From Nitrospirota bacterium (GTDB taxonomy: Bacteria > Nitrospirota > UBA9217): a stretch of 64,000 nucleotides of DNA. Below, in pieces: positions 1-8,919 of the stretch. Under the pieces are notes generated by a model that saw only the letters and a list, made by a program, of their open reading frames with translations, was not told the DNA's origin and did not search any database. Numbering within the stretch: the first letter of the stretch is position 1; each line of letters opens with the position of its first letter. Position numbers and translations under genes: made by a program. The stretch lies in assembly GCA_035498715.1 (NCBI GenBank), contig DATJZV010000026.1:76875-140874 (forward strand). The letters run 5' to 3'.

Positions 1-1004
1 TCGGAACGCCTGTGCTCGGTGATGTTCCTGAAAATGGCACGGGTCGCGGTGGGTCGTCCATCCACCGTGCTGCAGTTGATGCTGCCTTCGACCAAGATCG
101 GCCTGCCGTCCTTGGTCACAAATGTAGCGCCGATACGGTCGATTTTTTCTCCAGCCACTATGCGCTGGAAGGCTTCTATGCAGTCTATCCTGGAATCAGG
201 ATGGATGATATCGAGCAGGGTGAGCCGGGCGACATCCTCCTCGGTATATCCGAGTGTCTCTTGCCACGCCCTGTTGACATATTGAAACGTGCCGTTGGGG
301 CCAACACTCAGGATGAGGTCATTTGCGTTATCGAACAGATCCCGGTATTTCGCCTCGCTCTCCTGGAGCGATTTTTCCATGCGCTTCCGCATGGTGATGT
401 TGCGTGCTATGCTCAGAATCCCGAGTATCTTCCCGCCTTGAATTTGTGGTGTCGAAATCATTTCTCCTGTAAAATATTCGCCTGATTTCGAGAGAATTCG
501 CAGTTCGTAGGGAGACGGTGTCTGGCCTGCCAAAAGACGTCCGAAAGCATCACGTGCCAAGGAGAGGTCCTCAGGATGGATGATTGACTGAAAATGTCTG
601 CCGAGGTATTCAGCACATGAAAAACCAGTAATGATTTCGAACGCTGGGTTCAGCGTGGTGAATTCCCCTTCAAGGGAAAGCGTAAAGATGACGTCCTCGG
701 CGGTCTGAATGAGACTGCGATACCGCTGTTCCGATTCGCGGAGTTTTTTCTCGGAGGCCCTGAGCCTTCTCATAATAAAACTGCTATAGGCGCCGAAGCC
801 GACGAGAATGAGCATGGTAAATATTCGCTCTAGAATTGTTAGGAACGAAGGAGCCAGCAGTTGGGCGATAAATGGCCCTCTTTTAAAAAGGAAAGCGTCT
901 GTGACGGCGTCGGCGAGCCACATCATGAATCCAAGGCCGATTCCGATAAAGATCATTTTCCCTGGCATGTTCTTGCGCCGTATGCTTTCTAATTCCATCT
1001 TCAT
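1..1004 (-). CDS. PAS-domain sensor protein, partial (C-terminus lies beyond the window start). N-terminal TM segments plus two PAS-like modules.
   Basis: Minus-strand translation from ATG (rc at 1002-1004) reads MKMELESIRRKNMPGKMIFIGIGLGFMMWL...SEQRYRSLIQTAEDVIFTLSLEGEFTTLNPAFEIITGFSCAEYLG...SEAKYRDLFDNANDLILSVGPNGTFQYVNRAWQETLGYTEEDV. PAS signatures repeat twice and the frame is open to position 1. It is not in the ORF track because it has no in-window stop. Confidence 0.7.
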   Translation of the reverse strand, partial: MKMELESIRRKNMPGKMIFIGIGLGFMMWLADAVTDAFLFKRGPFIAQLLAPSFLTILERIFTMLILVGFGAYSSFIMRRLRASEKKLRESEQRYRSLIQTAEDVIFTLSLEGEFTTLNPAFEIITGFSCAEYLGRHFQSIIHPEDLSLARDAFGRLLAGQTPSPYELRILSKSGEYFTGEMISTPQIQGGKILGILSIARNITMRKRMEKSLQESEAKYRDLFDNANDLILSVGPNGTFQYVNRAWQETLGYTEEDVARLTLLDIIHPDSRIDCIEAFQRIVAGEKIDRIGATFVTKDGRPILVEGSINCSTVDGRPTATRAIFRNITEHRRS

Positions 1005-1218
1005 CCGCCTGAAAATGATGTTTGATCGTTCGTCCGCCTGAGGCGCACCTGTACGCGAATCTTATCGGGATTCCAAGGCGAAAACTTTAATATAAGGATG
1101 AATGTCGCCGACGGCCTCGTTCGTAGTTCGATTGATTTTTGAACGAAACAAAGCATGATTCGCATGTCTGTTCAGCTATGAGGCAAAAAGTGTGGCATAA
1201 AAAATCAGAATTGATATA

Positions 1219-2376
1219 ATGCATAAGATCCTGAAGAAAGATATTATTCCCATGATTGATGCGATTATCTCTCACTTCACCCTCCGGGGAACGCTCATTA
1301 GGGCAGAGCGGTTCGGTTCCGGGCTGATCAACGATACCTACCTCTGCGAGTTCGGTGATGTCGGCAATATTCTTAAGTACATTCTCCAGCGCATCAATAC
1401 GACGGTATTCAGACATCCCGAACAGGTTATGGAGAATGTGGAGGTCGTAACCGCTCATATCGTGAGCAGACTCCTTGCGGAAGGCGTTCAAGACCCATAT
1501 GCCGTCACGCCGGCGCTCATCCCCACTCGGCATGGCCGTTCATTCCATCGCGATGACTCCGGAGCGTATTGGCGCATGCTTCATTATATAGAAGCGGGGC
1601 TCGTGTTTGATACGATCAAGGATGTGCGACACGCCTATGAGGTCGGCCGGGGCCTCGGGCGGTTCCAATCGTTGGTGTCGGACCTGCCGCCGGAGCGGCT
1701 TCACGATACCCTCCCGGGTTTTCACCATACTCCGAAATACCTCAAGGAATTCGACGATGCGGTGAAGGCTGATGTCAAGAACAGGACTACCGGCATCAAT
1801 GCTGAGATAGCGTTCGTGTCACGAGGGCGCTATCTCGCTCCACTGCTCACGGAGCTGATGAACTCTGGTCAGCTGCCCGTTCGCGTGGTGCATAACGATC
1901 CCAAGGTAAATAACGTTCTGATCCATGCGGCGACAGGTGAGGCCATGTGCATGATCGACTTGGATACGGTCAAGCCCGGTATCGTTCACTTCGATTTCGG
2001 CGACTGCGTGCGCTCTGCGGCCAACCCTGAGGGTGAGGATGCGGAGGATTTGAGGAAAGTCGGACTTAATCTGCCTCTCTTCGAAGCGGTGGCCTGCGGA
2101 TATCTGCGCGAAGCGGGCGATTTCCTTACGGAGAAAGAAGTCGAGATGCTGCCCGCATCGGTGAAGGTGATCACCTTCGAGCTCGGTCTCCGCTTTCTGA
2201 CCGATTATCTCCGGGGAGACACGTATTTTAGGATCAAATATCGCGACCACAATTTGCATCGGGCACGAGTCCAGTTCAAGCTGCTTGAAAGCATCGAAAA
2301 GGCCGAGGAGGACATCGCCGCCATCATGAAAAAAAACATGGTTATTGGAGACAGACATGATTCGCCGATGAGATGA
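1219..2376 (+). CDS. APH-fold phosphotransferase, N-acetylhexosamine 1-kinase (NahK/LnpB)-like.
   Basis: 385-aa ORF with the Brenner motif HNDPKVNNVL and a DLD...FDFGD metal-binding region. The blocks YILQRINT, VVHNDPKVNNVLIHAATGEAMCMIDLDTV and RFLTDYLRGDTYFRIKYRDHNL closely resemble what I recall of Bifidobacterium NahK. The start is ambiguous because ATG 1219 overlaps a TATAAT hexamer; the alternative is 1252. Confidence 0.65.
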   Translation: MHKILKKDIIPMIDAIISHFTLRGTLIRAERFGSGLINDTYLCEFGDVGNILKYILQRINTTVFRHPEQVMENVEVVTAHIVSRLLAEGVQDPYAVTPALIPTRHGRSFHRDDSGAYWRMLHYIEAGLVFDTIKDVRHAYEVGRGLGRFQSLVSDLPPERLHDTLPGFHHTPKYLKEFDDAVKADVKNRTTGINAEIAFVSRGRYLAPLLTELMNSGQLPVRVVHNDPKVNNVLIHAATGEAMCMIDLDTVKPGIVHFDFGDCVRSAANPEGEDAEDLRKVGLNLPLFEAVACGYLREAGDFLTEKEVEMLPASVKVITFELGLRFLTDYLRGDTYFRIKYRDHNLHRARVQFKLLESIEKAEEDIAAIMKKNMVIGDRHDSPMR

Positions 2377-2719
2377 TAAAGACCCCGAAGTAATCCTCCC
2401 GGTCATCAATGATGCTGCGCAGGCGTGTAAGGGTGTTATCCCCGTTGACCGCTGGTAAGAGCCGTACATGCCAAAAGGAGCACCTGCGTCATGAAATGGA
2501 TGTGGGCTCGACTTCTGGGGATACGAGTTGACGAGGGAAGCTCGGCGTGATGGATATCCGGGATGTGCTGCATGTGACGCTCATCCGGCATGCCTTTGTC
2601 CGCACGTCGCAATGGAAATCGCTGTCATTCCCAGGCATCTGCTTCCACTCGACCTTTGTCATAGTAGCCATCCGACGTTACGAAATTGAATGCTGTTACT
2701 TTTCTCCTAATCTGACCTC

Positions 2720-3100
2720 CTAGAATGCCCCATCCTTATTTGGCGAATCCGCGGGCACGGGCTGACCGCAGTCCCACATTTCTACTATTCTGTCACTAAG
2801 GAAGCGGAACAAGTGGACAGCCGCCATGCCCGGCTCGCCCGGGCGCAACACGATGTGGGAGTGTACGGCCACCATCTCGCCATCGACGAGCACGTACTTG
2901 ACTATGAGCTGCTTGCTCGGGAAGTTGACGTGATTCTCGAGCATTGCCTTTTTCAGCGCCGGAAAACCTGCGGCATAGAAGGGATTGTGGTGCTTTCCCC
3001 TCAGGTCGACGTGCTTCTGGTAAGCTTCATCGATGCGGCCTGCCACGACGCGCTGCAGGAATTCCACGGCTGCTTGTTTGCGAGCGGTGTTGTCTATCAT
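2720..3100 (-). CDS. SnoaL-like / NTF2-fold small protein.
   Basis: The minus ORF is 2720..3184. The likely start is the internal Met (MIDNTARKQAAVEFLQRVVAGRIDEAYQKH...VHSHIVLRPGEPG...EMWD) at about 3100, giving roughly 127 aa. Size and pattern fit SnoaL/NTF2-like proteins. Confidence 0.5.
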   Translation of the reverse strand: MIDNTARKQAAVEFLQRVVAGRIDEAYQKHVDLRGKHHNPFYAAGFPALKKAMLENHVNFPSKQLIVKYVLVDGEMVAVHSHIVLRPGEPGMAAVHLFRFLSDRIVEMWDCGQPVPADSPNKDGAF

Positions 3101-3116
3101 AAACGAGCACCGATGG

Positions 3117-3602
3117 TCAGTTTTTTGCCAGCAGCTCTTCAAGACGACTGAGGCTTTGTTTCCAGCCCTCCTCCATGCCTGCAAGCGCTCCTTCCGCTGC
3201 GGGTGTCGACTTCACGACATCTGCCTGCACCGTGAGTTTTGTCTTCTTGCCCAGCCCAACGAGCGTGATGGTATTGAGATTTTCGAGCTGGGGATCGCCT
3301 TTTTCATCCTCGAGAGCGCTGCTGGTGAAGACGAGCCTCTCCGGCTCTTTGATTTGGCGAAAGACGCCCTTCATGGGGTAAACGGTACCGTCAGGCCCCC
3401 GCATGTTGATGCGGATTGCACCGCCCGGCCGCACGTCCAATTCACAGACAGGGTTCGTGAAGCCATCGGGACCCCACCACTGGGCCATCAGTTTCTGATC
3501 AATCCACGCCTTGAACACGAGTTCGCGAGGTGCGTTAACGGTGCGCGTGATGACGAACCCCCACTCCCTAGACGTCGTTGCCAAATTAGTTCTTGTAGTC
3601 AT
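3117..3602 (-). CDS. SRPBCC-superfamily protein, AHSA1-like (activator of Hsp90 ATPase homologue domain).
   Basis: 161 aa: WGFVITRTVNAPRELVFKAWIDQKLMAQWWGPDGFTNPVCELDVRPGGAIRINMRGPDGTVYPMKGVFRQIKEPERLVFT. This is the typical AHSA1/SRPBCC signature. Confidence 0.75.
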   Translation of the reverse strand: MTTRTNLATTSREWGFVITRTVNAPRELVFKAWIDQKLMAQWWGPDGFTNPVCELDVRPGGAIRINMRGPDGTVYPMKGVFRQIKEPERLVFTSSALEDEKGDPQLENLNTITLVGLGKKTKLTVQADVVKSTPAAEGALAGMEEGWKQSLSRLEELLAKN

Positions 3603-3603
3603 G

Positions 3604-4170
3604 TTATTGTTCCTTTTCTACAGGCTGATAGTAAAGCAGAACGTTCCCGTTACCGAACGTCCTAACTTTGGTAAGTTCCAAGTTCAGCCTGTCCTTGATG
3701 CCTCTAAAAAGAGGCTTGCCATTACCCAACACAATGGGATTTACCATAATCCGATATTCATCTATCAAGCCTTGTCGTGCAAAGTGAGATAAAATGCTTC
3801 CGCTGCCAAGCAGCGCCACGTCCTTTCCAGACTGTTTTTTTAATTTTTTAATTTCTTCCTCTATATTGGCTTTGACTAGCCTGGTATTGTGCCACTCGGC
3901 CTTTGCGAGCGTCCTTGAAAAGACAATCTTGGGCAGCGTATTCATCTTTTCAGCAACAATCGGATCATTTTTTATCGCATCCGGGGTTGGCCAGTAGCTT
4001 GCCATGAGCTCATATGTCACGCGTCCAAATATGAGCGTATCAACGGAATTCAGCATATCGATGGCATAGTCATTGAAATCTGCATCTAGGTTATGCCAAT
4101 CTATTTCTCTGTTCGGTCCCTCAAAGTAGCCGTCAAGGGTCACCAGATTGAATACAAATAATTTTCTCAT
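3604..4170 (-). CDS. Dihydrofolate reductase-family protein (RibD C-terminal domain type), paralogue 1.
   Basis: The internal start MRKLFVFNLVTLDGYFEGP...LGSGSILSHFARQGLIDEYRIMVNPIVLGNGKPLF matches the RibD_C / YwjB-like reductase fold. The locus is AT-rich relative to its flanks. Confidence 0.75.
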   Translation of the reverse strand: MRKLFVFNLVTLDGYFEGPNREIDWHNLDADFNDYAIDMLNSVDTLIFGRVTYELMASYWPTPDAIKNDPIVAEKMNTLPKIVFSRTLAKAEWHNTRLVKANIEEEIKKLKKQSGKDVALLGSGSILSHFARQGLIDEYRIMVNPIVLGNGKPLFRGIKDRLNLELTKVRTFGNGNVLLYYQPVEKEQ

Positions 4171-4183
4171 TTTCTTTCTCCTT

Positions 4184-4762
4184 TCAACTTTCTGGTCCCT
4201 TGCCGTAATGAAGCACAACCTTACCCGAGTTGAATGTCTTTGTTTTTATCAGGTTTAATTTGTGCCGCTCCCTTATATCTTTGAACAAAGGTTTTCCTCC
4301 CCCTAAGACGACAGGGTTCACAATGAGATGATATTCATCAATCAAACCGAGATTCATAAACGTTGACACAAGTCCCGCGCCGCCCAGGAGCACCATGTCC
4401 TTGCCGGTCTGTTGTTTCATTTTAAGAACGTCCTCCGCGATATGATCTTTTATAATCCTTGTGGTCCTCCATTCGACCTTTTCCAAGGTCTTCGAAAAAA
4501 CGATCTTTTGCATGTTATCGGCAAGGCGCGCGTATTCAATTTCATTCTTGGTGCTGTACGGGTTCGTAGGCGCGGCAAGCCAGTATTTTTCAAAAGCCGG
4601 ATACATCATGCGTCCAAGCAGCAAGGTATCTGCGGACCTTTGCAGTTCGAAAACATCCTGCCACGTTTCTTCATCTTCTTTCATTGCCCAATCTAATTCT
4701 CCCATGGGGCCCTCAATGAAGCCATCAAGTGTTACCTGCAAAGAGAGAATGACTTTTCTCAT
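4184..4762 (-). CDS. Dihydrofolate reductase-family protein (RibD_C), paralogue 2. It is a tandem duplicate of the upstream gene at roughly 40% identity.
   Basis: MRKVILSLQVTLDGFIEGPMGELDW...LLGGAGLVSTFMNLGLIDEYHLIVNPVVLGGGKPLF has the same architecture as the 3604..4170 product. Confidence 0.75.
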   Translation of the reverse strand: MRKVILSLQVTLDGFIEGPMGELDWAMKEDEETWQDVFELQRSADTLLLGRMMYPAFEKYWLAAPTNPYSTKNEIEYARLADNMQKIVFSKTLEKVEWRTTRIIKDHIAEDVLKMKQQTGKDMVLLGGAGLVSTFMNLGLIDEYHLIVNPVVLGGGKPLFKDIRERHKLNLIKTKTFNSGKVVLHYGKGPES

Positions 4763-5315
4763 TATTATTATTTCTCCCTTCATGGGTGCTTTTAGCATGG
4801 GTACGTTATCAATTGCACGGGTCTACCTTCAATTTCCACCCCAACGGACGCCTGGATGCCGAACGATACGACCAAAGCTGTACCAGAGTATGATCAGAAA
4901 TCTTTTCGTCGCATGTCTGACTCTTTGCTCCTGAAACACAACCAGCTTAATGGGACAAAAATAACCCTCTTTGCCCTTTAATTTAATTCTAGCAGAAAAA
5001 AAGGGCTGGGAGCGGGACGGCAGACGGGGAAAAGCTGTTCGGTTGATTGACCAGGCGCTCTATCTCGCATTGCGGTTCCTCTTGCTTAGATGTTGTCAGT
5101 CTTGCCATGGGCTTGAGAGGTCCGAGCGTCTGTCTTCTCTCTTGTCATTTCTCTGTGACAACGTTAGAAAAACAGACTGAAATTACGAAGGATTAGTTTT
5201 GCCCGGCTTTTCTTGCGCCGTAGCGGTAAGATGTTCTTCACGTGAAAAAAGTAGTCGACCCCTGCTGTCACTAAAATCCTGTTTCTCATGCGCTTGAATA
5301 ATGCTATAATCGTAC

Positions 5316-6587
5316 ATGCGTTTTATCGCCGACCTTCATGTCCACTCACACTATTCACGCGCAACAAGCAAAGACATGTCGCCCGAAGGCATATGGAAGT
5401 GGGCGCAGCTCAAAGGCGTCAACGTCATCGGTACCGGAGACTTTACCCACCCCGGGTGGCTCAAGGAACTGAGCGAAAAGCTGGAACCCACAGGTCACGG
5501 GTTGTTCAAGCTCAAAAAGGAATACCTGACCGATGACGTTCCCGAGTCGTGCCAGGCTGAAGTCTACTTCGTCCTTTCTGCGGAGCTTAGCTGCATCTAC
5601 AGCAAGGACGGAAAAACCCGGAAGGTGCATTCAATCATCCTCGCGCCTGACTTTGCGAGCGCTGCGCGATTGAATCTTACCCTGGCGAAGATCGGGAACC
5701 TTAATGCTGACGGCAGGCCTATCCTCGGGCTCGGTGCAAAGGAACTGTTGAAGATCGCGCTCGATGCTTCGCCCGACAACCTGTACATTCCTGCCCACGC
5801 ATGGACGCCGCATTTCTCGGTCTTCGGCGCCGCCTCGGGCTTCGATTCCCTGGAAGAATGTTATGATGAGCTCACCCCGCATATCACCGCGATCGAGACT
5901 GGTCTTTCATCAGACCCGTTGATGAACTGGCGTCTTTCAACCCTCGACCGGATCACGCTTGTCTCCAATTCCGACGCGCACTCAGCTGCTAAAATCGGGC
6001 GTGAGGCGAATATCCTTGACACCGAAATTTCGTACGACTCCCTAATGAATGCCATTAGGACGCGCAGGGGGTTCCTGGGCACCATCGAGTTCTTTCCTGA
6101 AGAGGGGAAATATCATTATGACGGTCACCGGGACTGCAATGTGAGCCTCTCTCCCAAGGAGACGATGCATCACGATTACCTGTGCCCAGTCTGCGGAAAA
6201 AAATTGACCGTCGGCGTGATGCATAGGATTGAAAAGCTCGCAGACCGGGAGCACGGGTTCAAGCCTGCAGATGCACCTGCTTTTACATCCATCATCCCCT
6301 TGCCGGAGCTAATAGCCGAGGGTTATAAGTGCGGTGTAAGCACAAAGAAGGTGAATGCTCTTTATTTTAGCCTGCTCGCACAGCTCGGCAATGAATTTAG
6401 AATCCTTATGGATGCTCCGCTCGATGATATCGAACGCGCCGGTACGCCGCTCCTTCGCGAAGCAATCTCGCGCATGCGCGCGGGCAACGTGCATATCGCG
6501 CCCGGGTATGACGGGGAATACGGGAAGATAAGGATATTCGAGGAAGTGGAGAGGAAAGAAATAAAAGGGCAGCTCAAGCTGCTGTAA
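5316..6587 (+). CDS. PHP-domain protein of the TIGR00375 / endonuclease Q-like family, with a C-terminal Cys4 zinc motif.
   Basis: 423 aa starting MRFIADLHVHSHYSRATS (PHP metal site), with HAWTPHFS, SNSDAHS and the zinc motif C-PVCG...(YHYDGHRDC). Size and layout match archaeal and bacterial EndoQ. No Shine-Dalgarno sequence is visible; a TATAAT lies 5 nt upstream of the ATG. Confidence 0.75.
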   Translation: MRFIADLHVHSHYSRATSKDMSPEGIWKWAQLKGVNVIGTGDFTHPGWLKELSEKLEPTGHGLFKLKKEYLTDDVPESCQAEVYFVLSAELSCIYSKDGKTRKVHSIILAPDFASAARLNLTLAKIGNLNADGRPILGLGAKELLKIALDASPDNLYIPAHAWTPHFSVFGAASGFDSLEECYDELTPHITAIETGLSSDPLMNWRLSTLDRITLVSNSDAHSAAKIGREANILDTEISYDSLMNAIRTRRGFLGTIEFFPEEGKYHYDGHRDCNVSLSPKETMHHDYLCPVCGKKLTVGVMHRIEKLADREHGFKPADAPAFTSIIPLPELIAEGYKCGVSTKKVNALYFSLLAQLGNEFRILMDAPLDDIERAGTPLLREAISRMRAGNVHIAPGYDGEYGKIRIFEEVERKEIKGQLKLL

Positions 6588-6878
6588 ATAGTCACGTACA
6601 TGACCGGATGAGGGGAGCAGTCCCATACTCATATCATGAAAGAGAAGACTATCTGATCATTATTTCTCGTAATTGCCATCGCCTCAGTCGTAACTACTTT
6701 TATTGTATTGAGAAAGAAAACAGTAGATTACATCGATAGAAGTTATACCTGGCATGTTGATTATAACGAAAAAAGTGATGATGTCTTTGGAGCAGGCGAT
6801 CATGCTGTGCCGGGGTGGCTATACTCGGGAGACTTTTGCAAATTATAAAACTGTGATTGAGGACAACCGGCAGCGCTG

Positions 6879-8492
6879 ATGGATCTTCCATCATACCAAA
6901 TATTTGACGGCCTGAACGACTTTCAGGAAAAGGCCGTGAAAACCATCGACAGCCCTCTCTTGGTCGTCGCCGGTCCGGGAACGGGTAAGACGCTTACCAT
7001 CGTCCGCAGGATCGTTTATCTTATTCAGCAAGGCGCCCGACCAGAGGACATCCTTGCCCTCACGTTTACGAACCGTGCGGCGCGGGAGATGCGGGAGCGT
7101 GCCGCAGCCATGCTCGGGACCGTGGCCAGGAAGGTATTCATCGGCACGTTACACGCGCTCGGCCTCAGGATCATCAGAGAATGCCATGGAGATGATTTTT
7201 CTATTTACAGCAGGGATGAGCAAATCGAGATATTGAAGTCGCTGATGAAAAATTCGGCCAAGAAAGCTCAGCTGGCTGCTGAGAGGATATCACGGATAAA
7301 GAACTTTCTTGAAGATGCAGATCGTGAAGTTCAGGAGACGTACGAAGCATATCAGGCTGCATTAAAGCTGCACAATGCCTTCGATTTGGACGACCTTATC
7401 ACGATACCGATCAAGATGCTCCAAAAGAGCGAAGTCGCTCTAAAATACCAGGGCAGATTCAGGGACATCATCGTCGACGAATATCAGGACATCAATCCAG
7501 CCCAATACGTTCTGTTGAGACTCCTCGCAGGAAGGAGCGGAAATGTCTGCGTTGTGGGAGACGCCGACCAGGCGATTTATGCTTTCCGTGGGGCGGACCT
7601 TGAAAGCTTTCTGAGCTTTGAGAAGGATTTTCCCGGCGCGGCATTGATAACGCTCTCCGAGAACTACCGGTCATCGGGTATTATATTAAATGCCGCGGAC
7701 AGCCTGATTAAAAATAACCAAAAACGTATCGAGAAAGAACTCGTTCCCACGCGAGAAAAAGGACATCAGGTCTCCGTCATGTCCGTGCCTGATGAGCGCG
7801 CCGAAGGGACAGCCATCATTCAAGAGATAGAAAAACGCATAGGCGGGACGAGCCATTATCAGATGATGCGGAACAGCACGGGTCGAGGTGATCCGAAGCG
7901 CTCCTTCCGGTTTTCTGATTTTGCAGTTGTCTTCAGGACCAATGCTCAGGCAAAGGCGCTGGAAGAGGTTTTCGCGGCATCAGGCATTCCTTATCAAATG
8001 ATCGGGCGCCGCAGTAGCGCTCAGAGAAAAGAAATCGAGGAGACCATCACCTATCTCCAGTCGCTCATTAACCCTGACGTCGCCTCCCAGCCAGACCCGA
8101 CTGATGCAAAGGAAGCCAAGCTCCTGTCCGCGGTGGATTTCTTCGACCCCCGTGCTGATGCTGTTACTCTTATGACCCTCCATATGGCAAAGGGGCTGGA
8201 GTTCCCGATCGTGTTCGTCACAGGATGTGAAGATGGCCTGATTCCCTGTACCTTCATGAAGGCCGGTGTGGACATCGAAGAGGAACGAAGACTTTTCTAC
8301 GTCGGCATGACGCGGGCAAAGAATGAACTGTTTCTCATCCATGCGCGGAGCCGGTTCTTGTACGGCCAAAGGCTTGACCCGTCGCCATCACCTTTTCTCC
8401 GCGAGATCCCGGAAGAATATATTCGGGTGAGCGTAGTGCCCGATAGAGGGAAGAAACAGAAGGAAGAAGACAGCCAGCTCAGGCTTTTTTAA
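6879..8492 (+). CDS. Short UvrD/Rep-family (SF1) DNA helicase.
   Basis: 537 aa with LNDFQEKAV, GPGTGKT (motif I), DEYQD (motif II), Q-motif-like FTNRAAREM and VTLMTLHMAKGLEFPIVFV (motif V/VI). It is shorter than canonical UvrD (about 720 aa), so the accessory 2B and C-terminal regions are reduced. Confidence 0.85.
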   Translation: MDLPSYQIFDGLNDFQEKAVKTIDSPLLVVAGPGTGKTLTIVRRIVYLIQQGARPEDILALTFTNRAAREMRERAAAMLGTVARKVFIGTLHALGLRIIRECHGDDFSIYSRDEQIEILKSLMKNSAKKAQLAAERISRIKNFLEDADREVQETYEAYQAALKLHNAFDLDDLITIPIKMLQKSEVALKYQGRFRDIIVDEYQDINPAQYVLLRLLAGRSGNVCVVGDADQAIYAFRGADLESFLSFEKDFPGAALITLSENYRSSGIILNAADSLIKNNQKRIEKELVPTREKGHQVSVMSVPDERAEGTAIIQEIEKRIGGTSHYQMMRNSTGRGDPKRSFRFSDFAVVFRTNAQAKALEEVFAASGIPYQMIGRRSSAQRKEIEETITYLQSLINPDVASQPDPTDAKEAKLLSAVDFFDPRADAVTLMTLHMAKGLEFPIVFVTGCEDGLIPCTFMKAGVDIEEERRLFYVGMTRAKNELFLIHARSRFLYGQRLDPSPSPFLREIPEEYIRVSVVPDRGKKQKEEDSQLRLF

Positions 8493-8544
8493 TTAGCCTC
8501 TCACCATTACCCTGCCCATGGGCAGACGAGGTCGGAGGTCTGCC

Positions 8545-8919
8545 ATGCCGACAAAAGTCAAGATTATTAAAAAAGATCTCATCCTGAATGCTGTGCTTTT
8601 CGACACACAATGCGCAAAAGCGATCGCTGGAATACTTCCTATCGAGACAAGATCGAACGAGTGGGGCGACGAGTTCTATTTCGAGATTCCCGTCAAGATG
8701 CCGCTCGATGAGACTGCAACAACAACGGTAAAGGCAGGGGACATAGGGTTCTGGCCTCCGGGGAACGCTCTTGCCATCTTTTTCGGACCCACGCCCATGA
8801 GTAGCGGCAGCGATCCGGTCCCCGCGAGTGCAGTGAACCTCGTTGGAAGGATTTTCGGTGACACGACGGTGCTGAAGAAATCAAGGGGAGCGAGGAACAC
8901 ACGGATTGAGAAGGCATAG
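8545..8919 (+). CDS. Cyclophilin-like fold protein (DUF369 / PF04126-like).
   Basis: MPTKVKIIKKDLILNAVLFDTQCAKAI...DIGFWPPGNALAIFFGPTP is the characteristic motif of the small cyclophilin-like family. The ORF track begins 27 nt earlier; I take the start as the internal Met. Confidence 0.55.
   Translation: MPTKVKIIKKDLILNAVLFDTQCAKAIAGILPIETRSNEWGDEFYFEIPVKMPLDETATTTVKAGDIGFWPPGNALAIFFGPTPMSSGSDPVPASAVNLVGRIFGDTTVLKKSRGARNTRIEKA

Noticed and set aside
12-485. Plus-strand ORFs 12..485 and 19..285 from the ORF track.
   Set aside because: They lie antisense within the much better supported minus-strand PAS-domain gene (1..1004), and their translations have no protein-like features.
1087-1533. 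Minus-strand 148-aa ORF overlapping the 5' end of the NahK-like gene.
   Set aside because: It overlaps a gene with strong family motifs. It is an antisense shadow ORF with Arg-rich, low-complexity sequence.
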